Sequence record: NC_041972.1
Direction: 5' to 3' (one strand)
DNA length: 64,000 nt
Shown here: piece by piece, positions 1 through 9,440 of the stretch
Position numbering within the stretch: the first letter of the stretch is position 1
Layout: each line of letters opens with the position of its first letter
Notes under the pieces: generated by a model
What the model was told of the DNA's origin: nothing
The model's database searches: none
Seen by the model: the letters and a program-made list of their open reading frames with translations, nothing else
Position numbers and translations under genes: made by a program

Positions 1-613
1 GTATGATAAGTACATCGAAGCGATCGCCTTGATGTATGGACTGGTGAGTAATAAGAAGGTCAAGACCAAAGGCTTTGGCGGGACGTATAATCACGTCAAG
101 TTTGAGCAGAGCATCATGAAAGACAAGCAGCTGTTGAAGACGTACCTTACGCTCATCAACAAGGTGTTCTCCTTCTTCTTTATTAAAGTGAAGGAACCCG
201 AACAACGCTGCCTCATTTATTGTGCCACGGTCGAGATGTGTTTGTACGTGACGGATTATCTGAGTAGTATTCATGATACCCTGATCGTGCGTAAGTATAC
301 CCAGGAAGACCCGAAAGAATCGTTGTATGAATCTGACGTGAGTGTTTCGACACTGAAGTCAGCCGGTACCGGTGTGGATATCCCAGGACTCCGCACTTGC
401 ATCATGACGATCGCGATTGGGTCACGGCAAGCCAGTGATCAGGCATTGGGACGACTGCGGCGGTTGAAAGACTACCCGGACACCATCCCGACGTTTGTTT
501 ACTTCGCCTGCACGGGTATCGAAGCACACATGAAATACCACAGCAAGAAACTCGAACTCTTCCCAGTGAAGACGTTGAGTCTGCGTGAGGTGAACAGCGG
601 CTTCTCGTTATAA
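1..613 (+). CDS. SF2 (DEAD/UvsW-like) helicase, C-terminal part, truncated by window start (phiKZ gp75-like position)
   Basis: Frame is open from position 2. Motifs STLKSAGTGVDIPGL (motif V) and QALGRLRR (motif VI). Confidence 0.85.
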   Translation, partial: YDKYIEAIALMYGLVSNKKVKTKGFGGTYNHVKFEQSIMKDKQLLKTYLTLINKVFSFFFIKVKEPEQRCLIYCATVEMCLYVTDYLSSIHDTLIVRKYTQEDPKESLYESDVSVSTLKSAGTGVDIPGLRTCIMTIAIGSRQASDQALGRLRRLKDYPDTIPTFVYFACTGIEAHMKYHSKKLELFPVKTLSLREVNSGFSL

Positions 614-623
614 ACTGACTGTG

Positions 624-660
624 TAAAAGACCAGGGGGCTTACTCCTTGGTCTTTTATGC
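624..660 (+). terminator. Hairpin after helicase, followed by TTATGC
   Basis: aaaagaccagggg-cttact-ccttggtctttt then atgc. Confidence 0.7.
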
Positions 661-697
661 TTTCTTTCCTTTTCTTTTTGTTAAGGATACACAGCTT

Positions 698-1024
698 ATG
701 AATGGTAACCGGCCAGTAATGGTGATTGGTGGTATGGGGTTGAGTCCTGCATTGATTGAGCGCTTACGACAGTTAGACGACCTGGAGATCAAGTTGGTGG
801 CCGATGTGGCAATCAGCGATATCCTGGAGTTTGAACCGGGTTATGCTCGCGGCTTGGTTCAGGCGATTCAGCATCAGCAACAACGTGAGTGGAATCCCTT
901 CCGGGAAAGCTACTGGGATAACTTCATTACCCTACGACATAAAGAAGTCGATAGACATACCCGCATCCCGCCTAAGAAAGCCACCTGCAGCTCCCGTCGT
1001 AAGGGACGGAGGTTCAAGGGATGA
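698..1024 (+). CDS. Hypothetical protein with basic C-terminal tail
   Basis: ATG 698 preceded by AAGGA; ends SSRRKGRRFKG; overlaps the next start (ATGA). Confidence 0.7.
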   Translation: MNGNRPVMVIGGMGLSPALIERLRQLDDLEIKLVADVAISDILEFEPGYARGLVQAIQHQQQREWNPFRESYWDNFITLRHKEVDRHTRIPPKKATCSSRRKGRRFKG

Positions 1025-1344
1025 GCGAGATCGATTATCGTGCATTGAAGTATTGTGTCACCAAGGTTAGTCGACGTATCCGCGACGGGGATTCCCGTAA
1101 CGCGTCACGTTGCCTCTTCCAGTATGTTGAGACGCATGCCGCATTACAAGACATGGCCGCCATTGATCGTCTTTTAGCACAGTGCCGAGAAAATAAGGTA
1201 CCCCTAAAAGAGATCAACAAAGTCTCGTTACTGCGTGCATGCTCATGTTTACGCCCCCACCTTACAGAGTATCAGTCGTGTATGGACCTGTGGCGCCAGG
1301 ACATTAAAGCGGCGGGTATGGAAAACTTATTAATAGGATTGTGA
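1021..1344 (+). CDS. Hypothetical protein (107 aa)
   Basis: ORF translationally coupled to both neighbours. Confidence 0.75.
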   Translation: MSEIDYRALKYCVTKVSRRIRDGDSRNASRCLFQYVETHAALQDMAAIDRLLAQCRENKVPLKEINKVSLLRACSCLRPHLTEYQSCMDLWRQDIKAAGMENLLIGL

Positions 1345-1345
1345 T

Positions 1346-1708
1346 ATGTCTGATTATTGTGCGGATATCTTTAAAGCGATCAGTTGCAAAACCCCCACCA
1401 AAGGCAGTGAACTTTACATCGATGATTTCGGTGATCTGTGGATGTTGATTCCCAAGCTTAACCGCTTCGGTGAACAGTCAGTGTTTCGTCAGTATGCCGG
1501 TAACCTTGCGTTGATGGCTGACCGCGGGCAAATGTATCAGGGTCAGTTATATGTGTGTGAGTTGATCCCGGGATATCACTTGGTGTTAACCAACCAAGCC
1601 GTGATGGTCAACCAATACAGCCTGGTGCAGTATGTGAAGACCCGTGCTGCGAAAGTGGAAGCGCGCTACCGTAAGAAACCCAAGCCGATGAGCCGAGCTT
1701 ACGCGTAA
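1346..1708 (+). CDS. Hypothetical protein (120 aa)
   Basis: AGGA RBS; starts 1 nt after the previous stop. Confidence 0.75.
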   Translation: MSDYCADIFKAISCKTPTKGSELYIDDFGDLWMLIPKLNRFGEQSVFRQYAGNLALMADRGQMYQGQLYVCELIPGYHLVLTNQAVMVNQYSLVQYVKTRAAKVEARYRKKPKPMSRAYA

Positions 1709-1738
1709 GAAACCTGACTGACAAGAAAGGATAGACCT

Positions 1739-2248
1739 ATGTTCGAATGGTTCTCTGTGTTATTGATGAAGTGGTTGACCCGAAAGGAAAAGAAACACAA
1801 CAGGGCAGTGCGGGTAGAACCGGTGGTGTTTGAACCGCAACTCAAACCCACCCCGCAGCCGTTGAGTAACGCGTTAAAAGAAGAAGCGCAGCAGATTCGG
1901 GACACCCTGCTGTTTGAGTCGCCGTTGAATAAATCCCGACCGATCCCGACCAAACCCACCTTACGGGTAGTAAGACCCAGTACAAGCTCATCACGCCCAC
2001 ACGGTAAGGCGAACGATGACAGCATGCTAACACATGCCTTATTGATGCAGCAGGTGTTAGCAGACGATACAGCGGCGTCTGATCGTCATCATCGTACCCA
2101 TGCCCCTCAGGATAACCACCGCCATGAAGACCGACCCTCGTACCATTCCACGCCCACTCATCATAGCAGCCCTGGTAGTAGTCGCGATGATGATAACGGG
2201 AGTAATGATTACAGTAGCGGACCTAGTGACAGCGGTTCGTCTGATTAA
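1739..2248 (+). CDS. Hypothetical protein with His/Ser/Asp-rich low-complexity C-terminus
   Basis: AAAGGA RBS; tail DRHHRTH...SSPGSSRDDDNGSNDYSSGPSDSGSSD. Confidence 0.75.
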   Translation: MFEWFSVLLMKWLTRKEKKHNRAVRVEPVVFEPQLKPTPQPLSNALKEEAQQIRDTLLFESPLNKSRPIPTKPTLRVVRPSTSSSRPHGKANDDSMLTHALLMQQVLADDTAASDRHHRTHAPQDNHRHEDRPSYHSTPTHHSSPGSSRDDDNGSNDYSSGPSDSGSSD

Positions 2249-2287
2249 CACCCTCGATTAACCTTACGTAATAAGGAACGCCTCACC

Positions 2288-3196
2288 ATGACAGACCCCC
2301 ACCCCATTCTCGCCGCAGCCATCGGAGAGCCCCAGGATGACGATTGCTGGGATTTTCCGGGCGAGACTGTTGTTGGTCACGGTGACTTGATGTACACCAA
2401 CATCCATAAGCCTCAGGCGTTATGGAACGGTGTTATCCGGTCACTGCGAAAACGTTTCCTTACTGAGCCATCAATTAACCAAAAGGATACTTGTATGACC
2501 GAGCAATACAAGCCATTGCCTGACACCGGGTACCAAAGCCCTTTCTGTGAGCCCGATGTTCTCAACACAAACGACCGGATTTATCCCCGCAAGAGTCTGG
2601 TAGCCTTACTGGAGAAATTCCCCTCCGATAATTTTCGTGGAACGCCCGCAGTTCGCTATCCTTTTATGCGCCGTCTGGCGGTGTTGTTTAAGATAGCGTT
2701 CTTACAGACCAGCCTTGACCAGAAGGCTTTATCCTTGAATACACGCCAGACCGGTAAGCCACGGATCACGCATCATTCATTAACTGGTATCTGTAATTTA
2801 ATGCACCAGCTGCATTATGAGCTCAGAGAGCTTCAGTATCAGAACCCCAATCCGATTGACCTGACCCGTTACCTGAAACTTTTAACCGGTAAGGATGTCT
2901 GGGAGAAGCCAAGTGTGGGTGCGTGGGCTAGTGAATTTACCGAGCTCTATTTTCATAGACATCAAGCAGGTGTTGGTAAGTCAATGTTCTACAACATGCT
3001 ACCAAAGATCAAACTGCACCTGGCGGGTATTCATGCGACGTTCGGTGGCCGACCATGGATCTATGAGAGTAATTGCAGGGGTCCTGCTGGCTTCTGGCCT
3101 GCCACGATTGAATACGGCATGGCGCATAATGGACCGGCCATCACTGCTCAGTTAAATCGCGAGCGTCTGGTGAAACCTAAGAAAGGAAAAGCATAA
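2288..3196 (+). CDS. Hypothetical protein (302 aa; possible internal start at 2495)
   Basis: AAGGA RBS; stop overlaps the next ATG. Confidence 0.75.
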   Translation: MTDPHPILAAAIGEPQDDDCWDFPGETVVGHGDLMYTNIHKPQALWNGVIRSLRKRFLTEPSINQKDTCMTEQYKPLPDTGYQSPFCEPDVLNTNDRIYPRKSLVALLEKFPSDNFRGTPAVRYPFMRRLAVLFKIAFLQTSLDQKALSLNTRQTGKPRITHHSLTGICNLMHQLHYELRELQYQNPNPIDLTRYLKLLTGKDVWEKPSVGAWASEFTELYFHRHQAGVGKSMFYNMLPKIKLHLAGIHATFGGRPWIYESNCRGPAGFWPATIEYGMAHNGPAITAQLNRERLVKPKKGKA

Positions 3197-4335
3197 TGGC
3201 ACTGGATCAAGAGTATTATGAAAAGGCATTGGGCATCCTACTGACCAAAGGTTTCTCTAACCAAGAAGCTGACCAGATCGCCACCACGCTTTCGGTATAT
3301 CTCCCGATGCGTTTCATCAAAGCTGGTGTATGGGCACTCATACCTTACGACCAGCATCCGGCTGATTCCCTGGCATTTAAACACATGCGGCTACTCGACC
3401 GTATCCCTGAGTTAAAGAAACCAGTGATCCTTCAAATGCCGACTGACTTTACTTACACCACGTATGGTCAGGAGTATTGCCCTGGTGCTGATGCACCGAC
3501 ATACACCACAGGGCCCGATGGTTATACACATCATCCGGTTGGTTGGGAAAGTGGGATTACTGGCATGCCAGGCGTAATGGGTCCGGCTGGGGATGACAAT
3601 ATTGAAGTCAGTGATCTGACCTGTGATCACCCCCAAGGCGATTTTAGACTATCGTTACCTGCCGAATCAATGGTTAGTCAGTTTACCGTCGTCATGCGGG
3701 TTGGTGGTAAACCTATTAAAATGACGCTGGAAGAACTCATCCAGGAAATTGGAGGTTATGACAAACTTCCTGCTTCTGCACGTGCTGCGATTGATCGTGT
3801 TATGGAAGAGCATCGCAATGCCCCTGTATCTACCGTATCTGTCCGCACGCCGTTACCAGGCGGAGTATCTCAGGAGCAAGCTAACTATCTGAAACTGGGC
3901 GACCTCAGCGACATCGAAGGGATCAAACGGGCTTACCCGCTCATCGACGAGAAAACAGCTGAACGGATGTCTAAGTTGCATTGTCAGCTTAATCAGCATA
4001 TCGCGCGGGTTCATCGTGAGCCGAGAGACGTTGAGGTATTTGATCTGCTTGCGGGCGATCACTCTCAGCGGATGTTCCAATCTCGTCATGCTAAACGTCA
4101 GTACCCAAACAGTTTGTTTGAGAAGTTCCTGCCGGATCAAGCAGACATCGATGAACCCGAGGGCATGACTGTTAAAATCAAAACCCACAGCGTACGTCAC
4201 TTCGGACACGGTCTTGAAATTAGCACGCCTTTGTTTGGCCAATCCCACAAAAACCCTACTGGACCACAAACCATGCCGGGGCTTGAGAAAGGCCGTGATG
4301 GTAAACGTAAACGTAATAAGAAGGGCAGACGATGA
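3196..4335 (+). CDS. Hypothetical protein (379 aa) with short Gly-X-Y stub and basic tail
   Basis: TAATG coupling; GITGMPGVMGPAG; ends KRKRNKKGRR. Confidence 0.8.
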   Translation: MALDQEYYEKALGILLTKGFSNQEADQIATTLSVYLPMRFIKAGVWALIPYDQHPADSLAFKHMRLLDRIPELKKPVILQMPTDFTYTTYGQEYCPGADAPTYTTGPDGYTHHPVGWESGITGMPGVMGPAGDDNIEVSDLTCDHPQGDFRLSLPAESMVSQFTVVMRVGGKPIKMTLEELIQEIGGYDKLPASARAAIDRVMEEHRNAPVSTVSVRTPLPGGVSQEQANYLKLGDLSDIEGIKRAYPLIDEKTAERMSKLHCQLNQHIARVHREPRDVEVFDLLAGDHSQRMFQSRHAKRQYPNSLFEKFLPDQADIDEPEGMTVKIKTHSVRHFGHGLEISTPLFGQSHKNPTGPQTMPGLEKGRDGKRKRNKKGRR

Positions 4336-5105
4336 TCGATCGCAGTTTTGAAGGTGGCTGGGAGTCTATACTGCAATGGCATGGGTTTGCTGATCGTGCT
4401 AAACAGGGGCTGTCTGAGCACTTTGTTATCGTGGATTACGGAACCCAGGCAGAGGCCGCCGCTTTTGAGCAATTGACAGCGCTGGCGGAGAAAGTGAAGT
4501 ATGTCTCAGTCGAGCGAGTTAAAGCCGTTGACTTTACCCCGACGCTTGTACGTACGCTACATGAACGTGAACATGGCTGGCATTACTGTCATGTCATGGG
4601 GCGATGTGGTTACGGCGGCCACGGGATAATGATCGGTGATAATGGCGGCTGGACAGGCGCGCACGGCGGTGCAGGTGATGCAGGTCAGCCCTCAACACCT
4701 GATGATGGCTCGATACTATACCAGACAGATTACAGTAGTCTCGGTATCCAGGACCGAGGATTTACTACGCTGCAAGACATGATGGAAAATGCCAGCCCTT
4801 ACGATTACCCTCGGGAGATTCGTATAGTAGGGGATCGGCATGACCCGGATGTCAAAGCGTTAACGCAGGCGGTGATAAAGCTTGTTGGGCGTCGAGCTAT
4901 CAAAGTAGTTAGCATACCGCATGCCGACATGATGTATAGACCCGGCCCGCACCGAACGTATAACCTCGCGCCGGAGAAATACCGGGAGCGATTTGACATT
5001 GCTTATAAACAAGCATTAGAAAATGTCAACAAGGCGGCCATCCTACCGTATGCCCGTGGGCCATTGCAGTCTGTTCTGGCGACTCAACGCAAGAAACACT
5101 TTTAA
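4332..5105 (+). CDS. Hypothetical protein (257 aa)
   Basis: ATGA overlap with the upstream gene. Confidence 0.8.
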   Translation: MIDRSFEGGWESILQWHGFADRAKQGLSEHFVIVDYGTQAEAAAFEQLTALAEKVKYVSVERVKAVDFTPTLVRTLHEREHGWHYCHVMGRCGYGGHGIMIGDNGGWTGAHGGAGDAGQPSTPDDGSILYQTDYSSLGIQDRGFTTLQDMMENASPYDYPREIRIVGDRHDPDVKALTQAVIKLVGRRAIKVVSIPHADMMYRPGPHRTYNLAPEKYRERFDIAYKQALENVNKAAILPYARGPLQSVLATQRKKHF

Positions 5106-5132
5106 TCAGTTCCCCTCAACAGGAGAGTAACC

Positions 5133-5438
5133 ATGTGTAACATGCGATCGGATTGGTTTGTAGAAGACGAACCGTCCATGAAGGAAAGTGATCCGCATTT
5201 CGACAACAAAGCAATGGATGGCTTGATGGCAAAGATCCGTGACTTTGTTAAAGAGAGTGATGCGGCGACCTATGTCCCGCAAGCCCTGTTTGGCGAAGCC
5301 GGTAAAGTTAACCTGTCCAAAGTGGCAGCAGTAACCCGTCCGGTCGATCACCTCATTACCCTGAACCCAGTGGCCAATGACGGTGATGTGTACCTGGACT
5401 TCGCGCGAGGGAAGCGACGTGGATATAAACCCCACTGA
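5133..5438 (+). CDS. Hypothetical protein (101 aa)
   Basis: AGGAG RBS upstream. Confidence 0.7.
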   Translation: MCNMRSDWFVEDEPSMKESDPHFDNKAMDGLMAKIRDFVKESDAATYVPQALFGEAGKVNLSKVAAVTRPVDHLITLNPVANDGDVYLDFARGKRRGYKPH

Positions 5439-5649
5439 AGTTAACATCGAGCAGGCCAATCGTTATGAGGGGTCTACCGATGATTTGGTCCAGCAAGCTA
5501 ATGATCGTGGTTTTCTCCAGGGGATTCGTATCACTTCTGGCGAGGACATCGATCCAAGCATTTGGACGCCTGAGAAGATCGAAAAGTTGAAAGCTGCACT
5601 TCGACATATTCGTGACTCAGAACAACGCATCAAAGGTAGCCAGGGGTAA
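5419..5649 (+). CDS. Hypothetical protein (about 76 aa, GTG start inferred)
   Basis: GAGGG RBS before in-frame GTG 5419; followed by a hairpin. Confidence 0.55.
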   Translation: MDINPTEVNIEQANRYEGSTDDLVQQANDRGFLQGIRITSGEDIDPSIWTPEKIEKLKAALRHIRDSEQRIKGSQG

Positions 5650-5668
5650 CACCCTGGCTTTATGCCGG
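5640..5668 (+). terminator. Hairpin plus TTATGCCG
   Basis: ccagggg-taac-accctgg-ctttatgccgg. Confidence 0.6.
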
Positions 5669-5687
5669 TTTAACGAGGACGTGTAAC

Positions 5688-6143
5688 ATGGAATCGAGCG
5701 GTTTGATTACGCTGGCAATGGTCTTTTTAACCTTCGTCATTGGGTTATGTTGTTGGCTGACGCGTTTCATACGCTATCACACCAACCGCTACACCGTTGA
5801 CACCAAGAAGGCGTTAAAGCAATTTGCCTGTAAGCTTGAAAGAGTACTGGATGTCCCGCAGCCGTATTCGCTGGCACAAAGCGAAATGACAAGGCTGGAT
5901 AATGAACTGAACGCTTCTCTCTTCCTCTTTGAAGAGATCACAGGGAAGATCCACGATGAAACCAGTCGACTGTACCTGGAGTCAAGTTTCATGGTGGTGC
6001 GCGGCACTCAACACGATACCCCGATTCGTATCTGTGTGGCGAACACAATCTTCAGCCTGTCAACGACTAACCACAATCACCACAGCGTCATGAAGGTCAT
6101 CAACGACTTTAATAACCGCTTGGCTAAAATTGTAGAAAGTTAA
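5688..6143 (+). CDS. Membrane-anchored hypothetical protein
   Basis: GAGGA RBS; N-terminal hydrophobic helix LITLAMVFLTFVIGLCCWL. Confidence 0.75.
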   Translation: MESSGLITLAMVFLTFVIGLCCWLTRFIRYHTNRYTVDTKKALKQFACKLERVLDVPQPYSLAQSEMTRLDNELNASLFLFEEITGKIHDETSRLYLESSFMVVRGTQHDTPIRICVANTIFSLSTTNHNHHSVMKVINDFNNRLAKIVES

Positions 6144-6206
6144 GCACAGAAAAACTCAGACCTATATCACGCCCGTGATAGACCCCTCAACCCCCATTAA
6201 TCTTAA

Positions 6207-6659
6207 GTGAGTTCAATCATGAAATACGTTTACGCTATTATCGCTGTTCTTGGTTTCTCTTTTGTGTCTGTTGCATTTGCTGCAGATCAAACCAAAGTGG
6301 TGAAAGGCTGGTACGCCGAATACAACACGGCTTCGGTCCTGTATTCTGCTGGGCCAAAGAAAGGACAAGAATTGACCATGGAATGTGTATTAGGTGGTTG
6401 GACGTTTGCGTATGCAGACAAGATGGGCGAGGAGATAAACTCGGTCGATGATGACATGACAATCCTGGTCGACGGTGCAGCCTTTGCTGTGCCGAAGACG
6501 CAGGGTCAACGTGAGAAGTTATACGCCGCCATTCAGCACGCTAAGAGTGGTATTCAATACAAGACCCACGCCTATGGTGCGTCGGTAGTATTCCCAGTGG
6601 ATGGCTTGGCCGAGATGTTTCGTGACCTGCCGTTTGAAGTCAGCCCGTGCATGAGCTAA
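6207..6659 (+). CDS. Secreted/periplasmic hypothetical protein
   Basis: Sec-type signal MKYVYAIIAVLGFSFVSVAFA|ADQ; true start may be ATG 6219. Confidence 0.75.
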   Translation: MSSIMKYVYAIIAVLGFSFVSVAFAADQTKVVKGWYAEYNTASVLYSAGPKKGQELTMECVLGGWTFAYADKMGEEINSVDDDMTILVDGAAFAVPKTQGQREKLYAAIQHAKSGIQYKTHAYGASVVFPVDGLAEMFRDLPFEVSPCMS

Positions 6660-6672
6660 AAGGAAAACAATT

Positions 6673-7374
6673 GTGATGATCCCTACCAAACAAATTAAAC
6701 GTAGCTACCGTCTGATCAAAGTGACTGCCGATGTAACACGGGATAACTGGATCGGGAAAGACATCGATTTCATTGTTCAGCCCAATAAAGACATGATCGA
6801 CGACACCACACGTGGTGGACCTAATCGCCTGCTCGCGACATACATCGTGCTGGGTAACCGTATTCCTGTAACCGTTAACAGCCATGCGACCATTACCCGG
6901 GAAGAAGGCTTGCAGGATCTGCAGGTCAGTATTGTCGATGGTCAGTCAAAATACATTGACATCAGTAATGTGCGTTACGTTGTGTCGTGTGAGTTAGAAG
7001 AGCACTTCACCTACACTCCACCAAAAGAACCTTCGCTACTTGATCAGCTGGTTGGCGGACCAATGGGTGACCCAGCCCATATGTTCATTATCGATGAAAA
7101 CTATAACGTCTTTGTCGGCACAGCGAACGATTCACAGGAAGATTATACCTTGGCTGGTCGTCTGATCAGTAACCTCGGTTCTCATGATGCTGAAGCTAAT
7201 GATTTGGAGATTATCGGCAGTTATCCTGATGACCAAGGTGACCACTATTACGTCTCCATTGACTGGAACAAGTCATTCATTTCCGGGATTTCCAACAACG
7301 AGAAATGCGCATGGTTTAACCAACTCGATGCACTGGTAGCAATGTTACTGGAAAAGATTAAAGTTACAGTGTAA
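6673..7374 (+). CDS. Hypothetical protein (233 aa)
   Basis: AAGGA RBS; followed by a hairpin. Confidence 0.75.
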   Translation: MMIPTKQIKRSYRLIKVTADVTRDNWIGKDIDFIVQPNKDMIDDTTRGGPNRLLATYIVLGNRIPVTVNSHATITREEGLQDLQVSIVDGQSKYIDISNVRYVVSCELEEHFTYTPPKEPSLLDQLVGGPMGDPAHMFIIDENYNVFVGTANDSQEDYTLAGRLISNLGSHDAEANDLEIIGSYPDDQGDHYYVSIDWNKSFISGISNNEKCAWFNQLDALVAMLLEKIKVTV

Positions 7375-7382
7375 GTAATATC

Positions 7383-7415
7383 AGGCAGGGGGACTACTCT
7401 CTGCCTTTATTTTTT
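7383..7415 (+). terminator. Intrinsic terminator
   Basis: aggcagggg-gactac-tctctgcct followed by ttatttttt. Confidence 0.7.
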
Positions 7416-7489
7416 GTGGTATTCTGCCACAGAAAACTACTGGCCATACTGCCAGTGGTATTCACTCAATAGACTGTGAGGAATAAACG

Positions 7490-8047
7490 ATGTTTGATAA
7501 AATTGAAGGATTGGCTGATGTGATCGAGCTGAAGTACGGCTTGCTTGATATCACCTATCACCGCGATAACGACAAAGACCTCTATGCCGATGTCTTTTAT
7601 AAAGACACACGCTTGTCAAGCCGGCGTGACCTGACCGATGCCCTGGACTACGCTTATATCGGTGTGCGGTTGTGTAACCCTCAGTTCGGTGCCTGGTGTT
7701 ATGGTGCTGAGCGTGAGTTGGTCATGTCGCATTTAATGGACGCATTGAGAATGGTGGGTAAGCCTGCACCCAGGGCGGTTGAAGACTCACGGTTAAAGAC
7801 AGGGATTCATCGTACCATTCAGCTGCTTGCCGAGAACGGTAACCTGCATCCGAAAGAGGATGATATCCGCATCACGATCCATCGTGCGGCGCGAGTGGAC
7901 TACGGTTCAACAGATACCATCGAAACAACCATCAGCATGACCAACCATGATATTACTATTAGTAAGCGACGGATTGAGTGTGTTAGTGGTGAGATGCGGG
8001 ATTTACAAGCATGGGCGCGTAAGTTATATGCGAGACACTTTGAATAA
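7490..8047 (+). CDS. Hypothetical protein (185 aa)
   Basis: GAGGA RBS. Confidence 0.75.
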   Translation: MFDKIEGLADVIELKYGLLDITYHRDNDKDLYADVFYKDTRLSSRRDLTDALDYAYIGVRLCNPQFGAWCYGAERELVMSHLMDALRMVGKPAPRAVEDSRLKTGIHRTIQLLAENGNLHPKEDDIRITIHRAARVDYGSTDTIETTISMTNHDITISKRRIECVSGEMRDLQAWARKLYARHFE

Positions 8048-8057
8048 CGAGGTAGCT

Positions 8058-8459
8058 ATGGGTAGTGCGTACTGTAAGGTTGTGGCAATCCACAGCATCT
8101 ATGTGCACAGTGCAGCGATGGAAGCGGTATCCGCTAAATACAGGAGCTGTTTTCGTTTGGCGTATAACTTCGTGAATGCTACGCAGTTAGCCCAACAGCT
8201 ACGGCTTGCCGTGAAGAACAGCGAAATCCTGATTGTCGATACCAGTGACTTTACTCGCCGGGCACTTAACAATCTTAATGAGCAGTTCTACTGCATCTAT
8301 CCGGGTGAGGAACAACATTCCGATATGTCAATCAAGCATCAGCGTAACTGTCGCATGACGCCTGACTGTATTCATATCGAAATTCAAAACCTCAGCGACT
8401 TTGAGCGCTTAAACTGGGAAATTCGACCCGATGCAGGGTTAAGGATATCACGCCGTTAG
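8058..8459 (+). CDS. Hypothetical protein
   Basis: GAGGT RBS before ATG 8058 (track start 7947 overlaps the upstream gene). Confidence 0.65.
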   Translation: MGSAYCKVVAIHSIYVHSAAMEAVSAKYRSCFRLAYNFVNATQLAQQLRLAVKNSEILIVDTSDFTRRALNNLNEQFYCIYPGEEQHSDMSIKHQRNCRMTPDCIHIEIQNLSDFERLNWEIRPDAGLRISRR

Positions 8460-8461
8460 AA

Positions 8462-8512
8462 CGGCATATAGGCCCTCCGTAACGGAGGGCCTTTTATGAC
8501 ATCTTTTTTTTG
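8462..8512. terminator. Hairpin between convergent genes, probably bidirectional
   Basis: cggcata-taggccctccgt-aacggagggcct-tttatgacatc then T-run. Confidence 0.75.
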
Positions 8513-8522
8513 GTTTACAGCG

Positions 8523-8900
8523 TTATACCAGGCGCTGAGTTAACTGCGAACTATATTGAATAGCGTGATAGGTCGCAGGTTTCTCAAGCTGCTCGGTGCA
8601 GCGGTAGACCGGGGTCTTCATAAAAGGACAACCGGCATTCATTAATGCCTCACGGTTGCTGGGCGACTCATCAACGCGAATCACCACATCCGTGGACTGG
8701 AAGCCAAAGACTTCCCGCTTCGTTGCAGTATATTCTGCATCCAGCACCACGATCTTACGGTTGATCACCAGCTTCACGGCCACCGGGTATTTGATTACCA
8801 GGTCTGACCCTAAGCCCGCCAAGACAAACTTAATGACAAACTTCTTAAGTCCATTTAGCAACTGACTCTCACTGGCCCAACTTTTAACAATCTGCAGCAT
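8523..8900 (-). CDS. Hypothetical/virion-associated protein
   Basis: Last gene of the minus-strand operon; ATG 8900 chosen. Confidence 0.65.
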   Translation of the reverse strand: MLQIVKSWASESQLLNGLKKFVIKFVLAGLGSDLVIKYPVAVKLVINRKIVVLDAEYTATKREVFGFQSTDVVIRVDESPSNREALMNAGCPFMKTPVYRCTEQLEKPATYHAIQYSSQLTQRLV

Positions 8901-8975
8901 GTGTGTATTTCCACTCATATAAGGGGAAGTTAAGAAAAGCAACCTGAGGGTCCGTCCGTGATCCCTCATAATGTA

Positions 8976-9440
8976 TTACTTCATACCGTCCAACTGCTTT
9001 TGAAGTTCCTTTAACTGACGGCTTGCATCCGGCGTCTCGGCGTCATGATCTCTGATCGCTTCAATAAACGACTTCCGTTTGCAATAAGGATACTTCATCC
9101 ATTTATCAAATGACAAACCAAATTTGCCCAAGATATCCGCACGCAGATATTCGAGCTCATACTTTCGATACCCAACTAACGCCAGCGAGTCTTCCTGCTC
9201 GACCTGTAAGATTAACGAGAGCGGCGAGGTTTCCACGTTATGGTCAATAATCCCAAACGTGTCATCGTAAAGCTCTGTTAATCGAATTAGTGGATACTCC
9301 CAGTTCTCGGTAAGAAACGTGGGGTTTTCTAACGCGACATCCCAGGCATCGGACCGATCACTTTCGGACAGACCGAAATCCCAATGGATTAGATGTCGGC
9401 TTGATCGAACGTCTGATTCAGTGTATTCGTCATTAGGGTA
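8976..9440 (-). CDS. Probable -1 frameshift extension (gpT/gp51-like part) of the upstream chaperone ORF
   Basis: No credible RBS or start; overlaps the upstream ORF in the -1 frame across GGG-T8. C-terminal FGLSFDKWMKYPYCKRKSFIEAI resembles tail-chaperone T/gp51 helices (by-eye). Confidence 0.55.
   Translation of the reverse strand, partial: YPNDEYTESDVRSSRHLIHWDFGLSESDRSDAWDVALENPTFLTENWEYPLIRLTELYDDTFGIIDHNVETSPLSLILQVEQEDSLALVGYRKYELEYLRADILGKFGLSFDKWMKYPYCKRKSFIEAIRDHDAETPDASRQLKELQKQLDGMK

Noticed and set aside
2963-2983. QAGVGKS as a Walker A motif
   Set aside because: Lacks the first G of GxxxxGKS, lies too near the C-terminus, and has no Walker B.
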